DNA from: Minisyncoccota bacterium | GTDB lineage: Bacteria; Patescibacteriota; Minisyncoccia; Phycocordibacterales; CAJBRS01 | Length of the DNA stretch: 60,641 nucleotides | Direction of reading: 5' to 3' | Assembly: GCA_035652395.1 (NCBI GenBank) | Contig: DASRDX010000009.1 | Coordinates: forward strand, 1 to 60,641 | Part shown: in pieces, positions 38,154-48,671 of the stretch | Position numbering within the stretch: the stretch's first letter is position 1 | Layout: each line of letters opens with the position of its first letter | Program-made: the position numbers and the translations under genes | Notes under the pieces: model-generated | The model's input: the letters and a program-made list of their open reading frames with translations, nothing else | The model's database searches: none | Told to the model about the DNA's origin: nothing

Positions 38154-38834
38154 ATGATTTATTTTGACAAGGTGACGAAAATTTATGCCGATAATTCCGT
38201 AGCGCTAGAGGATGTCAGCTTCAATATCGAACCAAACGAATTTGTCTCCGTAGTCGGCCAATCCGGGGCCGGCAAAACCACTCTAATAAAAATGATTCTG
38301 GCCGAGGAGTATCCGACTTCAGGCTCGGTCTTTTTCGAATCCACTAACGTTCACACACTGGCCAAAAACCAGATCAATAAATATCGGCGCCGTATCGGTA
38401 CCGTCTTTCAGGATTTTCGCCTGCTACCCAACAAAACTGCTTACGAGAACATCGCCTTCGCTATGGAAGCGGCCGGCCGCACCGAAGAGGAGATTGCGGC
38501 GGATGTGCCGCACGTTCTGGAGCTAGTAGACCTTGGCCGAAAAATCTGGAACTTTCCACACCAACTCTCTGGTGGAGAAAAGCAGCGAGTGGCTATTGCC
38601 CGAGCAATCGTCAATCAGCCGGATCTCATCATTGCCGATGAGCCAACCGGCAACCTTGATCCGGTCAATACTTATGATGTCGTGCAAATCCTGAAGAAGA
38701 TTAACGACCTTGGCACCACCGTCATTCTGACTACTCATAACAAAGGGGTAATTGATTCATTAGGGAAGAGAGTGATCACCCTCGAGCATGGTAAAATTCT
38801 TCGTGACGACAAGACGGGCAAATACATCCTATAA
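38154..38834 (+). CDS. ftsE: Cell division ATP-binding protein FtsE
   Basis: [43 protein letters not shown]; precedes ftsX. Confidence 0.93.
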   Translation: MIYFDKVTKIYADNSVALEDVSFNIEPNEFVSVVGQSGAGKTTLIKMILAEEYPTSGSVFFESTNVHTLAKNQINKYRRRIGTVFQDFRLLPNKTAYENIAFAMEAAGRTEEEIAADVPHVLELVDLGRKIWNFPHQLSGGEKQRVAIARAIVNQPDLIIADEPTGNLDPVNTYDVVQILKKINDLGTTVILTTHNKGVIDSLGKRVITLEHGKILRDDKTGKYIL

Positions 38835-38876
38835 TTAATCCTAAACCTACACTCTAACTTCTAACTTCTAATTTCT

Positions 38877-39800
38877 ATGTGGACTAAAGTAAAAAGAGTA
38901 ATCAGATCGGGTTTCATCAGCTTCTGGCGAAACGGTTACGTTTCGCTGGCTTCCGTTCTGGTCATGACTGTTACTCTTTCCGTGGTAGCGGCTCTAATCT
39001 TTGTCGGAGCGATGCTTCAGTCAACACTGCAAGGGATTAAAGACAAAGTGGATGTGAACGTTTACTTTCTGACCACCGCGCCGGAAGATCAGATTTTCAG
39101 CTTGGAGAATTCCATTAAAGCCCAGCCAGAAGTTCTAAACGTCACTTACACTTCTCGTGAGCAGGCTCTGAACAACTTTCGAGCCAAACACGCTACCGAT
39201 CAGCTCACTCTTCAAGCCCTCGATGAATTAAATGACAATCCGCTCGGCGCCAGTCTAAACATTAAGGCCAAAGACCCGTCGCAATACGAGAGCATCGCCC
39301 AATTCGTGGAAACTAAAGCGGCCGCCATCTCACCGAGCTCGTCCATCATCGACAAGATCAATTACTCGGAAAACAAGGCGGCTATTGACGCCCTGAATCG
39401 CATCATCGATTCGGCCAATCGCATCGGCCTTATCCTGATGGTCTTCTTTATCCTCATTTCCATTTTAATCACCTTTAATACTATCCGGCTGGCAATTTAT
39501 ATTTCTCGCGAAGAAATCGCCGTTATGCGACTGGTAGGGGCTTCCAACATGTTTATTCGCGGGCCGTTTGTGACAGTCGGGCTTATGTACGGCTTCGTCT
39601 CGGCCGTTATAACTCTCGTGCTGCTTTACCCAATTACTTTCGGATTTGGGCCGCTCACGGCCAAGCTTGGCACCGGTTTAAATCTATTTGATTACTACAT
39701 CCATCACCTCTGGCAAATCTCCCTCGTCATTTTAGGCGCCGGCTTAATCCTCGGCGCTATCTCCAGCTTCTTGGCCGTGAAGAAGTATTTGAAGATTTAA
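38877..39800 (+). CDS. ftsX: Cell division permease FtsX
   Basis: FWRNG.VSLAS, YTSREQAL, NPLGASL, NTIRLAI..REEI.VMRLVGA..FIRGPF. Confidence 0.93.
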   Translation: MWTKVKRVIRSGFISFWRNGYVSLASVLVMTVTLSVVAALIFVGAMLQSTLQGIKDKVDVNVYFLTTAPEDQIFSLENSIKAQPEVLNVTYTSREQALNNFRAKHATDQLTLQALDELNDNPLGASLNIKAKDPSQYESIAQFVETKAAAISPSSSIIDKINYSENKAAIDALNRIIDSANRIGLILMVFFILISILITFNTIRLAIYISREEIAVMRLVGASNMFIRGPFVTVGLMYGFVSAVITLVLLYPITFGFGPLTAKLGTGLNLFDYYIHHLWQISLVILGAGLILGAISSFLAVKKYLKI

Positions 39801-39872
39801 GTTACGGCCTGTGTATTGCTCTCTATAGAAAATGCTATAATAATCCCATTAATAGAATAAACATTTAAAACA

Positions 39873-40127
39873 ATGGCAAAAGCAAATTCAGCCTTCATGA
39901 AACCGATGAATCTTAGTCCGGAATTGGAGGCCGTGGTGGGAAAGGGTCCAATGCCTCGCTCGGAAGTGGTGAAAGGCCTTTGGGTTTACATTAAGAAGAA
40001 TAATCTTCAGGATGCCACCAATAAGCGAAATATTAATGCCGACGACAAGCTCACGAAAGTTTTTGGCGGCAAGAAAACAGTCAATATGTTTGAAATGACG
40101 AAGCTCGTCAGCGCTCATTTGAAATAA
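39873..40127 (+). CDS. Stand-alone SWIB/MDM2 domain protein
   Basis: AFMKPMNLSPEL..VVG..PMPRSEVVKGLWVYIKKNNLQD..NKRNINADDKL. Confidence 0.92.
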   Translation: MAKANSAFMKPMNLSPELEAVVGKGPMPRSEVVKGLWVYIKKNNLQDATNKRNINADDKLTKVFGGKKTVNMFEMTKLVSAHLK

Positions 40128-40143
40128 ATTTTGGGGAAGGGAA

Positions 40144-40182
40144 GAAAAAGCCGGCGCCGGAGTTGAAAGCGCCGGCTTTTTC
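40144..40182 (+). terminator. Intrinsic terminator
   Basis: gaaaaagccggcgc-11 nt-gcgccggctttttc. Confidence 0.85.
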
Positions 40183-40241
40183 ATTTCGTGATAAAATAAC
40201 ATTATTAATATGCCGAGAAATTTGTTGGTGATTAGGAAAAA

Positions 40242-41366
40242 ATGAAGAAAAAGAGAAGTTCAAAATTTCCGGCCATTTTTCTAACATTTCTTTTGGTAAT
40301 TGCCGTCCTGAATTTCTTGGGAACGGTTTTTCCTTTCAGTCCGGTCAAATATCAGATCGGAGATGAGACGAATAAAATTGCTACGACGGTTGCCAAAGTA
40401 AAAGACGCTCTAATTGGCATTGAAGCAGCACCCGTTGATAAGGTCCTCTATGATCAAAAAATGCTGGCGCTGGCCAATAATCCGCCGGTGCCGGCCTCCA
40501 CTTCAACGGCAAGCAGCACTCACTCCACTTCCACGCCCAAATACCTCTGGCCTCCTAAAAGTGCCGTTTACCCTCTAACGGGAGCCATCCTGCCTTTTAA
40601 CCGAATTGTGGCTTACTACGGCAACTTCTACTCCAAAGGCATGGGCGTCTTGGGCCAGTATCCGCCAGAAGAAATGCTCTCGCGTTTGAAGGCCGAAGTA
40701 GAAAAATGGCAGCAGGCGGATCCGGCCACACCCGTGGTTCCAGCAATTCACTACATTACCGTCACTGCTCAAGGGCTACCAGGGGCTGATGGTAAATATC
40801 GTTTACGTATGCCGGACGATCAAATAGACAAGGCTCTCCAGCTTGCTTCAGAAGTTAACGGATTGGTTTTTCTAGATATTCAAGTTGGACAGAGTGATTT
40901 ACCGGCAGAGATTCCGCATCTGGATAAATACTTGCGGCTGCCAAACGTTCATCTGGCCATTGATCCCGAATTTTCCATGAAGCACGGCGAGAAGCCGGGT
41001 ACTGTCATCGGCATCATGGATGCGACGGATGTAAACTATGCCGCTGATTATCTGGCTCGGTTGGTAAGAGAAGGGAATTTGCCTCCAAAAATTTTAATTG
41101 TTCACCGCTTCACTGAAGGAATGGTGACTAATTATCAAAATATTCGATTGCAGCCGGAAGTGCAGATTGTCATGGATATGGATGGCTGGGGACCGCAGGC
41201 TAAAAAGATCGGCACTTACAAGCAGGTAATCTATCCGTACCCGATTCAATTTACCGGCTTTAAACTCTTTTATCGAAACGATACCGTCTATTCTTCCAGC
41301 ACCATGCTTGCCCCAAAAGATCTTTTGAAATTGCGACCGATTCCGAGTTATATCCAATACCAATAG
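40242..41366 (+). CDS. Membrane-anchored extracytoplasmic protein of a conserved uncharacterised family
   Basis: N-terminal TM; RIVAYYGN..MGVLG, LDIQVG, HLAIDPEF, ILIVHRF, MDGWG, GFKLFY. Confidence 0.7.
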   Translation: MKKKRSSKFPAIFLTFLLVIAVLNFLGTVFPFSPVKYQIGDETNKIATTVAKVKDALIGIEAAPVDKVLYDQKMLALANNPPVPASTSTASSTHSTSTPKYLWPPKSAVYPLTGAILPFNRIVAYYGNFYSKGMGVLGQYPPEEMLSRLKAEVEKWQQADPATPVVPAIHYITVTAQGLPGADGKYRLRMPDDQIDKALQLASEVNGLVFLDIQVGQSDLPAEIPHLDKYLRLPNVHLAIDPEFSMKHGEKPGTVIGIMDATDVNYAADYLARLVREGNLPPKILIVHRFTEGMVTNYQNIRLQPEVQIVMDMDGWGPQAKKIGTYKQVIYPYPIQFTGFKLFYRNDTVYSSSTMLAPKDLLKLRPIPSYIQYQ

Positions 41367-41429
41367 CCTCCAATTCTTGACACCCTTACCCCTGTGATAT
41401 AATCAGCTCACAAAAGGCTCCAAATTGTA

Positions 41430-44400
41430 ATGAAGCACCTCTTTTCTAAAATAGCTCTCTTCTCTTTAGCCCTCCTTCTTCTATTCCGCTCCTCTTCCAT
41501 CACTCTTCTTGCCAAAGAAGAGACCACTGCTGCCCCAATTAGAAGATCTGCAAACTCCTCCCTCCTCCTCAAACCCTATCTCTCTCTTCTCTTAAAACAC
41601 TCTCCCTTCTCCTCTCTCTTAATCACCCCAGCCTACGCTGCTGAAGGAAGCTCCTCTCCCTCTCTTCTCTCCTCCCTCCTTAACTTCTTCAAAAATCTCT
41701 TCGCAAAGCCTACGACTGTAGAGATTATCAATACTACCCCCACCGCTCCAAAGACTCCTACTCCAGCTCCCATCTTCAACCCTCCCGTTTCCACTCCTCC
41801 AACCTCTACCTCAAACCTCATCCACAACACCACCATCATTAATGGAGTGACAGAAGCAGAACTAGATTCCAAACTCTCAAAACTCGACCAAGAGCTGCGC
41901 TCTCTCATCTCCGGCATTTCCACAAGTGGAAATGCCTCCACCACCGTCAACAACTACATCACCTACTCTGGTGGAGGAGGCAGCATCACTCTTCAAGGCT
42001 CACCCTCTCAAGCTGACATTAAAAATATCCAGAACCAGATTACAAACATCACCACCACTCCTGGAAATCCTTTCAACCAATCACTGAATACCACTGACTC
42101 ACCGACATTTAATCACCTGACTCTCACCGGAGCAGCCACCTCAACCTTTGCCGGACCACTCTGCGCCACCACATATTATGGAGATGGATCACACTTAACC
42201 GGACTCTCTTCTTTCTCTACTACCACATTAAACAATTTGAATCCTATTCAAGTGGGGTTCCAGAACTCTGCCACAGGGGCCAACGCTAGTGCGGTGGGGT
42301 TTTGTAATGTAGCGGGCAGTCTTCGCGGTTCTGCATTCGGTTTTTGTAATACTGCGAGTGGGAATTATTCCTCCTCTATTGGATTTAAAAATTGCGGAAG
42401 CGGGCAGTCTTCGGTATCTATTGGTGGGTACAATGTTGCTTCGGGTTTTATTAGTACTGCGATTGGTGCGGGCTCTGCAGCACTGGGATTTAATACGGCC
42501 AGTGGCTATAGAAGCATAGCTATTGGGCAAAATAACACATCTTCAGGCTGCTGTACTACCGCCTTGGGCTTTCAAAATATTGCAGGATACCTTCGTACAT
42601 CTGCAGTTGGAATATCGAATACCGCTAGTTGCGTAAACAGCGTCGCCGTAGGATATAGCAATAATTCGACTAGTAGAGATAGTGTCGCACTTGGCGTCTG
42701 TAATACATCAAGCAGCTATTATGGGACAGCTATTGGATCAAGAAATTGCGTTTGCGCGGGTGCAACTCATGGATCTGCTATTGGTTATCATAATATTGCT
42801 TCCGGCGGTCATAGTACCGCCTCGGGGTACTGCAATGTTGCAGACGGGTTTAAAAGTTCGGCTCTGGGACAATTTAATACCGCTTCAGGCTACGGGAGCA
42901 GTGCATCGGGTTATAGCAATTCGGCCTCCGGCTGCTACAGCTCCGCGTTGGGCTACAGTAATCTGGGGTGTGGTAGAAGAAGCACCGCTGTAGGTTTTGA
43001 AAACCATGCTTATGGATGTGACAGCACCGCCTCAGGTTTTTATAACCATGCTCTGGGTTATTTAAGTGTTGCTTTCGGAGCTAATACCGAAGCATGTGGG
43101 GGTGGAGCCCTCGCCATCGGTTCAGGAAGCGCTTCTGGATATAACGGACCTTTAAATACCGTTGCTTCAGGAATAAATTCAGTCTCGGTTGGAACTAATT
43201 CGGGATATTATGGAAAAGCCAATACTGCTTCGAGTAACTACTCATCAGCATTTGGAGTAGGGAATACTGCTTCAGGTCAATATAACACTGCTTTAGGTAC
43301 CTCCAATAGTGCTTATGGTTCTTATACCGCTTCAGTAGGAACGTTTAATTGCATTGCATCTGGTATTTTATACGGTTCTGCTTTTGGTTATTCTAATAGT
43401 ATTTGTGCTCAGGTTAATGGGGGCGCATTCGGTAATCAAAACACTGTCTCTGCTAGCTATTCTTCTGCTTTTGGTATTGAAAATACTGCTTCATGTATTC
43501 GTTCCTCCGCATTTGGTTTAGGTAACACCGCCTCCGGCTGTAAAAGTTCCGCCTTCGGCTACTTCAACACCGCCGCAGGAGTTGACGGTCTAAGTTCCGC
43601 ATCTGGGTATGCCAACGTCGCTTGCGGTTATAAAAGTTCTGCTTTTGGCTCCCAAAATCTCGCTTTAGGAAATAGAAGTACTGCTTCCGGATATTATAAT
43701 CAGGCGTGTGGTAATGACAGCTTTGCGGCGGGGGAAGGAAATTCATCTACGGGTCTTCAATCTATATCTGTGGGTTTCGCTAACGTAGCATCAAACTTCA
43801 GAGCTAATGCAGTTGGAGCATTTAATACTGCTTCTGGGTATAGGAGTTCAGCTTCGGGGTATTGTAATACCTCGAGTGGTTGTTTAAGTTCCACTTTTGG
43901 ATATATAAACACCGCCTCAGGCACTTCTTCAAGCGCCTCCGGCTTCTACAACACAGCCTCGGGAATTTACTCCTCAGCTATCGGTTATTTGAACATTGCG
44001 TCTGGTCCAACTTCTAGTGCATTAGGTCACAGAAATGCGGCTTGCGGCTCCTACTCAACAGCTATGGGTAACCAGAGTACTGCTTCTGGTTATCATTCCA
44101 CTGCTTCGGGTTACAGAACCTGTGTTTCTGCATCAGGAGCGTCGGTATTTGGTGGAGGGGGAAATAGTTTTAACTTACTCACCAACTCCGTCGCCTCCTC
44201 CACCCTCATCGGCCCTCGTCAAAGTGCCGCCATCCACATCTGCACCTCAGGCGGCGGTGCCTCCATCCAATTTTGCGGCTACGGAGCGGGAACTCTAACC
44301 ACCAATGCCTCTGGTGTAATCACCGCAGCCTCAGATGAGAGACTAAAGAATATCAGCGGCTCCTTCAATAGAGGACTAGCAGATCTAGAAAACATCAATC

Positions 44401-45104
44401 CAATCATCTACTCCTGGAAGGAAGGTACAGGCCTCGAAGACGGAGGAACTTACGCAGGCTTCTCTGCTCAGAATATCCAAAGCGCTATCCCTGAAGCAGT
44501 CACCACAGGACCTAACGGCTTCCTTAACCTCCAAGACCGACCAATCATGGCTACTCTGGTAAATGCGGTGAAAGAACTAGACCAGAGAGATGCCTCCACC
44601 ACAGAAGCACTCTCTAACCTCGAGATCCGAGTCTCTTCCATTGAGTCACTCTCCACCCTAGGAGGAGGCGTCTCCGTAGGAGACGCCATCATCGGCGCCC
44701 TTCAAAGCTTTGGCGCCGAGGTAGTAGACGGCATTGCTTACTTGAAGAATGTGTTTGTGGAGCATCTGACTGTCGGATCACCAGAGAAGCCGACGGGGAT
44801 TACGGTTTATAGTAAAAACGGCACAGCATTTTGCTTAACAGTAAATGATGATGGAACTCCAATTAGTGCCCCCGGAAAATGTGAAGACGCTACCTCTACA
44901 CCCTTGACTTCAGGCAACATCATTACAGTGGATTCAAATAACAATACGGTTGTAGTGCCCGATAACAGTGCCGCCGGAGGCGGCACTGTTGAAAGCGCGA
45001 GCTCCACTACGGACAATAGTGCGAGCGCTTCTTCCACAGAAACAGTTTCTTCAGAAAGTGGCACCTCTACAGGAAATACTATTGAGCCTGCTCCAGAAAA
45101 TTAA
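41430..45104 (+). CDS. Giant Cys-rich YadA/Hep_Hag-like fibre protein with S74 chaperone domain (paralog of 1..3162)
   Basis: Signal/TM N-terminus, about 14-aa SAxGxxNxASG repeats, ASDERLKN..AGFSAQ; C-terminal tail shared with the first ORF. Confidence 0.88.
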   Translation: MKHLFSKIALFSLALLLLFRSSSITLLAKEETTAAPIRRSANSSLLLKPYLSLLLKHSPFSSLLITPAYAAEGSSSPSLLSSLLNFFKNLFAKPTTVEIINTTPTAPKTPTPAPIFNPPVSTPPTSTSNLIHNTTIINGVTEAELDSKLSKLDQELRSLISGISTSGNASTTVNNYITYSGGGGSITLQGSPSQADIKNIQNQITNITTTPGNPFNQSLNTTDSPTFNHLTLTGAATSTFAGPLCATTYYGDGSHLTGLSSFSTTTLNNLNPIQVGFQNSATGANASAVGFCNVAGSLRGSAFGFCNTASGNYSSSIGFKNCGSGQSSVSIGGYNVASGFISTAIGAGSAALGFNTASGYRSIAIGQNNTSSGCCTTALGFQNIAGYLRTSAVGISNTASCVNSVAVGYSNNSTSRDSVALGVCNTSSSYYGTAIGSRNCVCAGATHGSAIGYHNIASGGHSTASGYCNVADGFKSSALGQFNTASGYGSSASGYSNSASGCYSSALGYSNLGCGRRSTAVGFENHAYGCDSTASGFYNHALGYLSVAFGANTEACGGGALAIGSGSASGYNGPLNTVASGINSVSVGTNSGYYGKANTASSNYSSAFGVGNTASGQYNTALGTSNSAYGSYTASVGTFNCIASGILYGSAFGYSNSICAQVNGGAFGNQNTVSASYSSAFGIENTASCIRSSAFGLGNTASGCKSSAFGYFNTAAGVDGLSSASGYANVACGYKSSAFGSQNLALGNRSTASGYYNQACGNDSFAAGEGNSSTGLQSISVGFANVASNFRANAVGAFNTASGYRSSASGYCNTSSGCLSSTFGYINTASGTSSSASGFYNTASGIYSSAIGYLNIASGPTSSALGHRNAACGSYSTAMGNQSTASGYHSTASGYRTCVSASGASVFGGGGNSFNLLTNSVASSTLIGPRQSAAIHICTSGGGASIQFCGYGAGTLTTNASGVITAASDERLKNISGSFNRGLADLENINPIIYSWKEGTGLEDGGTYAGFSAQNIQSAIPEAVTTGPNGFLNLQDRPIMATLVNAVKELDQRDASTTEALSNLEIRVSSIESLSTLGGGVSVGDAIIGALQSFGAEVVDGIAYLKNVFVEHLTVGSPEKPTGITVYSKNGTAFCLTVNDDGTPISAPGKCEDATSTPLTSGNIITVDSNNNTVVVPDNSAAGGGTVESASSTTDNSASASSTETVSSESGTSTGNTIEPAPEN

Positions 45105-45184
45105 TATAGAGCGTTAAAGGCCAAAAGATCAGTACATAAGAGAATTTTTATCTCTTCTTTATTTCTCTGTGATAACATTCTGGC

Positions 45185-46843
45185 ATGACGCAGGCCGAAG
45201 CTCTGACTATTTTAAAAATGGGGAAGAATGTATATCTCTCCGGCCCGGCCGGCAGTGGCAAGACTCATACTCTGCGCGCCTACATTGCTTATTTAAGAGA
45301 AAAGAATATTGAAGTGGCCGTGACCGCTTCTACCGGTATTGCCGCTACGCATCTTGGTGGGATGACTATTCATTCCTGGAGCGGTCTCGGGGTAAAAGAT
45401 AGTTTGTCAGAGTGGGATATTGATATGCTGGAGTCAAAGCAGAATCTCTGGAAAAGATATCAGGCCACGAAAGTGCTAATTATTGACGAGATCTCAATGC
45501 TGCATCATTTTCGGTTTGATCTGTTGGATCGGCTTTGCCGATCCTTTAAGAGAAATGAGGCCGCCTTCGGCGGCCTACAAGTTGTCTTATGTGGTGACTT
45601 TTTCCAGCTCCCGCCTGTCTCTCGAGCCGGCGAGAGAGCGCCAGAATTTGCCTACAAATCAAAGATCTGGAAAGAGATGGATTTGACCGTTTGTTATCTC
45701 TCCGAGCAGCATCGCCAAAGCGATAGCGCCTATTTTTCGCTACTCAGCGCCATTCGAGAAAATAATGTAGATGAAGAAGTTTTGGAACATTTGCGCAGCC
45801 GCTTTAAGAAAAGATCGAGCTCGACTCTGCCGCCGACTAAGCTTTTCAGCCACAATGTTGATATTGATGTCATTAATAATAATGAGCTCGAAAAACTCTC
45901 GGGAGAAGCTCGGACTTTTCAGATGGTTTTTCGTGGGCGCAAACCTCTGACTGACCTTTTGGCCAGAAGTTGCCTAGCGCCGGAGAAATTGACTTTGAAA
46001 ATCGGCGCTCGAGTGATGTTCGTCAAAAATAATTATGAGAAAGGCTTCATCAACGGCACTTTGGGGGAAATAGTCGGCTACGACGAAGCTAACAATCCTT
46101 TGGTCAAAATCTCTTCAGGCAAAATTCTGACCGCCTCTCTCGAAAGCTGGCGAATCGAAGAAGAGGGCAAGGTTCTGGCGGAAATCATTCAAGTACCACT
46201 TCGATTGGCCTGGGCCATCACCATTCATAAAAGTCAGGGCATGAGTCTCGAAGCGGCTGAGATTGATCTTTCAAAATCATTTGTGGCCGGCATGGGGTAT
46301 GTGGCCCTGTCACGAGTAAGGAATCTTGAGGGACTGACTCTCCTTGGCCTTAATCAGACGGCTCTCTTGGTGAACGGCGAAGTTTTTGAAGTGGACCAAA
46401 AACTTCGTCAGCAATCCGAAGAAGCTAGAGCCGAACTTTCGGAAATGGATCCGGAAACCATCGAGCGCCTTCAGGAAGAATTTGTGCGCCGAAACGCTTC
46501 AACCAAAACAAAAAATAATGAAAATCTCTCCACTCATCACAAGACTAAACTGTTAGTACTAGAGAAAATGTCACTGGAGAAAATTGCCAAGGAGCGCGAA
46601 CTAAAAGAGGGAACCATCATCGATCATCTAGAAACTTTAATTGAAGATAATGAGCAGATTGATATTAGTTACATTAAATCGGCCAAGTTTAGCGACTCTC
46701 GTTTCAAAAAAATTGAGAAGGCCTTCAAAAAATCCTTTGAAAAACATGGCGACACTCGTCTGACGCCAGTCAAAATAATGCTTGGGCCCGGCTTTTCCTA
46801 CGAAGAGTTAAGATTAGCCAGACTTTTTATTGATTTGGAGTGA
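45185..46843 (+). CDS. PIF1-like SF1B DNA helicase with C-terminal helix-turn-helix
   Basis: GPAGSGKT, TASTGIAA, IIDEISM, FGGLQ..GDFFQLPPV, QVPLRLAWAITIHKSQGMS, YVALSRV. Confidence 0.92.
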   Translation: MTQAEALTILKMGKNVYLSGPAGSGKTHTLRAYIAYLREKNIEVAVTASTGIAATHLGGMTIHSWSGLGVKDSLSEWDIDMLESKQNLWKRYQATKVLIIDEISMLHHFRFDLLDRLCRSFKRNEAAFGGLQVVLCGDFFQLPPVSRAGERAPEFAYKSKIWKEMDLTVCYLSEQHRQSDSAYFSLLSAIRENNVDEEVLEHLRSRFKKRSSSTLPPTKLFSHNVDIDVINNNELEKLSGEARTFQMVFRGRKPLTDLLARSCLAPEKLTLKIGARVMFVKNNYEKGFINGTLGEIVGYDEANNPLVKISSGKILTASLESWRIEEEGKVLAEIIQVPLRLAWAITIHKSQGMSLEAAEIDLSKSFVAGMGYVALSRVRNLEGLTLLGLNQTALLVNGEVFEVDQKLRQQSEEARAELSEMDPETIERLQEEFVRRNASTKTKNNENLSTHHKTKLLVLEKMSLEKIAKERELKEGTIIDHLETLIEDNEQIDISYIKSAKFSDSRFKKIEKAFKKSFEKHGDTRLTPVKIMLGPGFSYEELRLARLFIDLE

Positions 46844-46846
46844 TTG

Positions 46847-46877
46847 ATCGGCTCCGAAGCTTCGCTTCGGAGCCGAT
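46847..46877. repeat. Perfect 14-bp palindrome with GCTTCGC core
   Basis: atcggctccgaagc-ttc-gcttcggagccgat; no U-tract. Confidence 0.88.
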
Positions 46878-46935
46878 TGACAAAAAGGGGAAGTGGCAGT
46901 TATATAAAAGGCATTAATCGTTAATTTAGCCGCGC

Positions 46936-48153
46936 ATGAAAACCCTGAAATTTAGTGCCATATCTCTAGTCATTTTAGGAGGTTTTTTACTCCTCCCACT
47001 CTCTACTTTTGCCGCCGTTCCGAGTCTTAGTCTAACTACTTTTAGCAATAGCCAAGTCCAGATTGCCGTCAACGGTGATCCTAACTCTTCCGTTAATCTC
47101 TACTACTATTCGCCGGGCACCTCTTTTCTCAATAGTGTCGGAAACATTGGCAGCACTAACGGTAGCGGCTATTTCTCTACCATCATCAGTAACGGTACTT
47201 ACAATATTCCGTCAGGCGCCAACACTTATGTCAGCGTTAACGGTCAGCAATCAAACCAAGTCAGCTGGCCCTACACTAACGGCAACAATAATGGTTCAAT
47301 TTCTTTCAGTCAGAACAATATTAATTTAAGTTACGGTCAGAGTACGACCGTCACTGTTTACGGAGGTTCCGGCTCTTACTACATCTCTTCCAATTCCAAT
47401 CCGAATTTCGTTAACGCTTACGTCAGTGGCAATCAGGTGTATGTTTCGGCTCCAAACAATCAATATACCGGCGGCTCAGCCACTATCGTTGTCTGTTCGA
47501 ACGGCAACGGAGCCTGCGGCTCTCTTTACGTTAATCAGGGCGGAGGCTCTTACAATCAGGTAACTTTCAGTCAAAATAATCTTTCGGTAAACGTTGGCCA
47601 AGGCGTACAGGTTAGCATCTACGGTTCAGGTAGTTATTACATCTCAAATAATTCCAATCCAAACGCTGTCTCTACTAACATTAACGGCAGCGTTTTAAAT
47701 GTTTACGGCAACAATTCTGGCTCAGCCACTATCACTGTCTGCACCAATGGGGGAGTATCCGGTTGCGGCACTCTCTACGTCAATGTAGTTAATAACGGAT
47801 ACTATGGCGGCGGCACAAACGGCTGCTACTACAGTAACGGTTATTACAATTGTCCAAACAATAATTACAACTACAACAATAACGGCTGTTACATCAGCAA
47901 TGGTTACAACATTTGTCCAAATAATTACAACAACAATGGAGTGGTTTACACACAACCAACAACTTCCGGAATATACGGCACCCCATCAGCCGGAGTCTTC
48001 CTTAATCAGGTTCCAGCCACGGGCGCTCATCTCGATTTAAAAGTGATTCTCTTCTTTAGCGGTCTCTTTATGTGGAGCGCTTTTCTGGCCTACCTTTACT
48101 TCACTCATCGAAAGTTCAAAGCGGCTTTAGCTCGCGAAGAGATCGGTTACTAG
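46936..48153 (+). CDS. Secreted surface protein with tandem Ig-like repeats, Asn/Tyr/Gly-rich segment and VPATG sorting signal
   Basis: Signal peptide; two FSQNN..GSYYIS.NSNPN..SATI.VC..CG.LYVN repeats; VPATG + TM + RK tail. Confidence 0.85.
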   Translation: MKTLKFSAISLVILGGFLLLPLSTFAAVPSLSLTTFSNSQVQIAVNGDPNSSVNLYYYSPGTSFLNSVGNIGSTNGSGYFSTIISNGTYNIPSGANTYVSVNGQQSNQVSWPYTNGNNNGSISFSQNNINLSYGQSTTVTVYGGSGSYYISSNSNPNFVNAYVSGNQVYVSAPNNQYTGGSATIVVCSNGNGACGSLYVNQGGGSYNQVTFSQNNLSVNVGQGVQVSIYGSGSYYISNNSNPNAVSTNINGSVLNVYGNNSGSATITVCTNGGVSGCGTLYVNVVNNGYYGGGTNGCYYSNGYYNCPNNNYNYNNNGCYISNGYNICPNNYNNNGVVYTQPTTSGIYGTPSAGVFLNQVPATGAHLDLKVILFFSGLFMWSAFLAYLYFTHRKFKAALAREEIGY

Positions 48154-48275
48154 TCCCTCTCTATTGACCTTCCTTAATATTTGTTGTTAAAACTTCGTAT
48201 GTAACGAAGGGCTTTCTAATTCGTTATCTAATATAGGTCGGTTTCTATTAGCAATTAAAGCTTAGCTTAAAAATT

Positions 48276-48653
48276 ATGAAGAAAATTACTTCAATTATGT
48301 TTGCTATGGTGCTTTTGGCCGCTTTTGCTTCCTTTACTCTTAGCGCTCATGCTCAGGTAACCAGCACTACCACCTCGACCACTACTGTTGTTACTACTAG
48401 CGGCAGCACTACCAGCCCAGGAACTACCGGTACAACCGGAAGCACTGGTACCACCGTTTCTCCTCCATATGGACCGTTTTACGGTCAAGCTGTGGCCGGA
48501 GAGACTGGCGCCGTTAACACTGTCTCACCTGGTTTCCCAACCACTGGTCTTAGCGGCTTGATGACGACTAACGTTACGTTCTTAGCTCTCGGAGCTTTGA
48601 TGGTAGCTCTTAGTCTCATTTATTCTTACCGACGCTGGGGCAAGTTGATCTAA
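48276..48653 (+). CDS. Small Thr/Gly-rich surface protein with FPTTG sorting signal
   Basis: Signal peptide (AHA|Q), FPTTG + TM + RRWGK tail. Confidence 0.8.
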   Translation: MKKITSIMFAMVLLAAFASFTLSAHAQVTSTTTSTTTVVTTSGSTTSPGTTGTTGSTGTTVSPPYGPFYGQAVAGETGAVNTVSPGFPTTGLSGLMTTNVTFLALGALMVALSLIYSYRRWGKLI

Positions 48654-48671
48654 AGCATCTAAAATCGCAAG

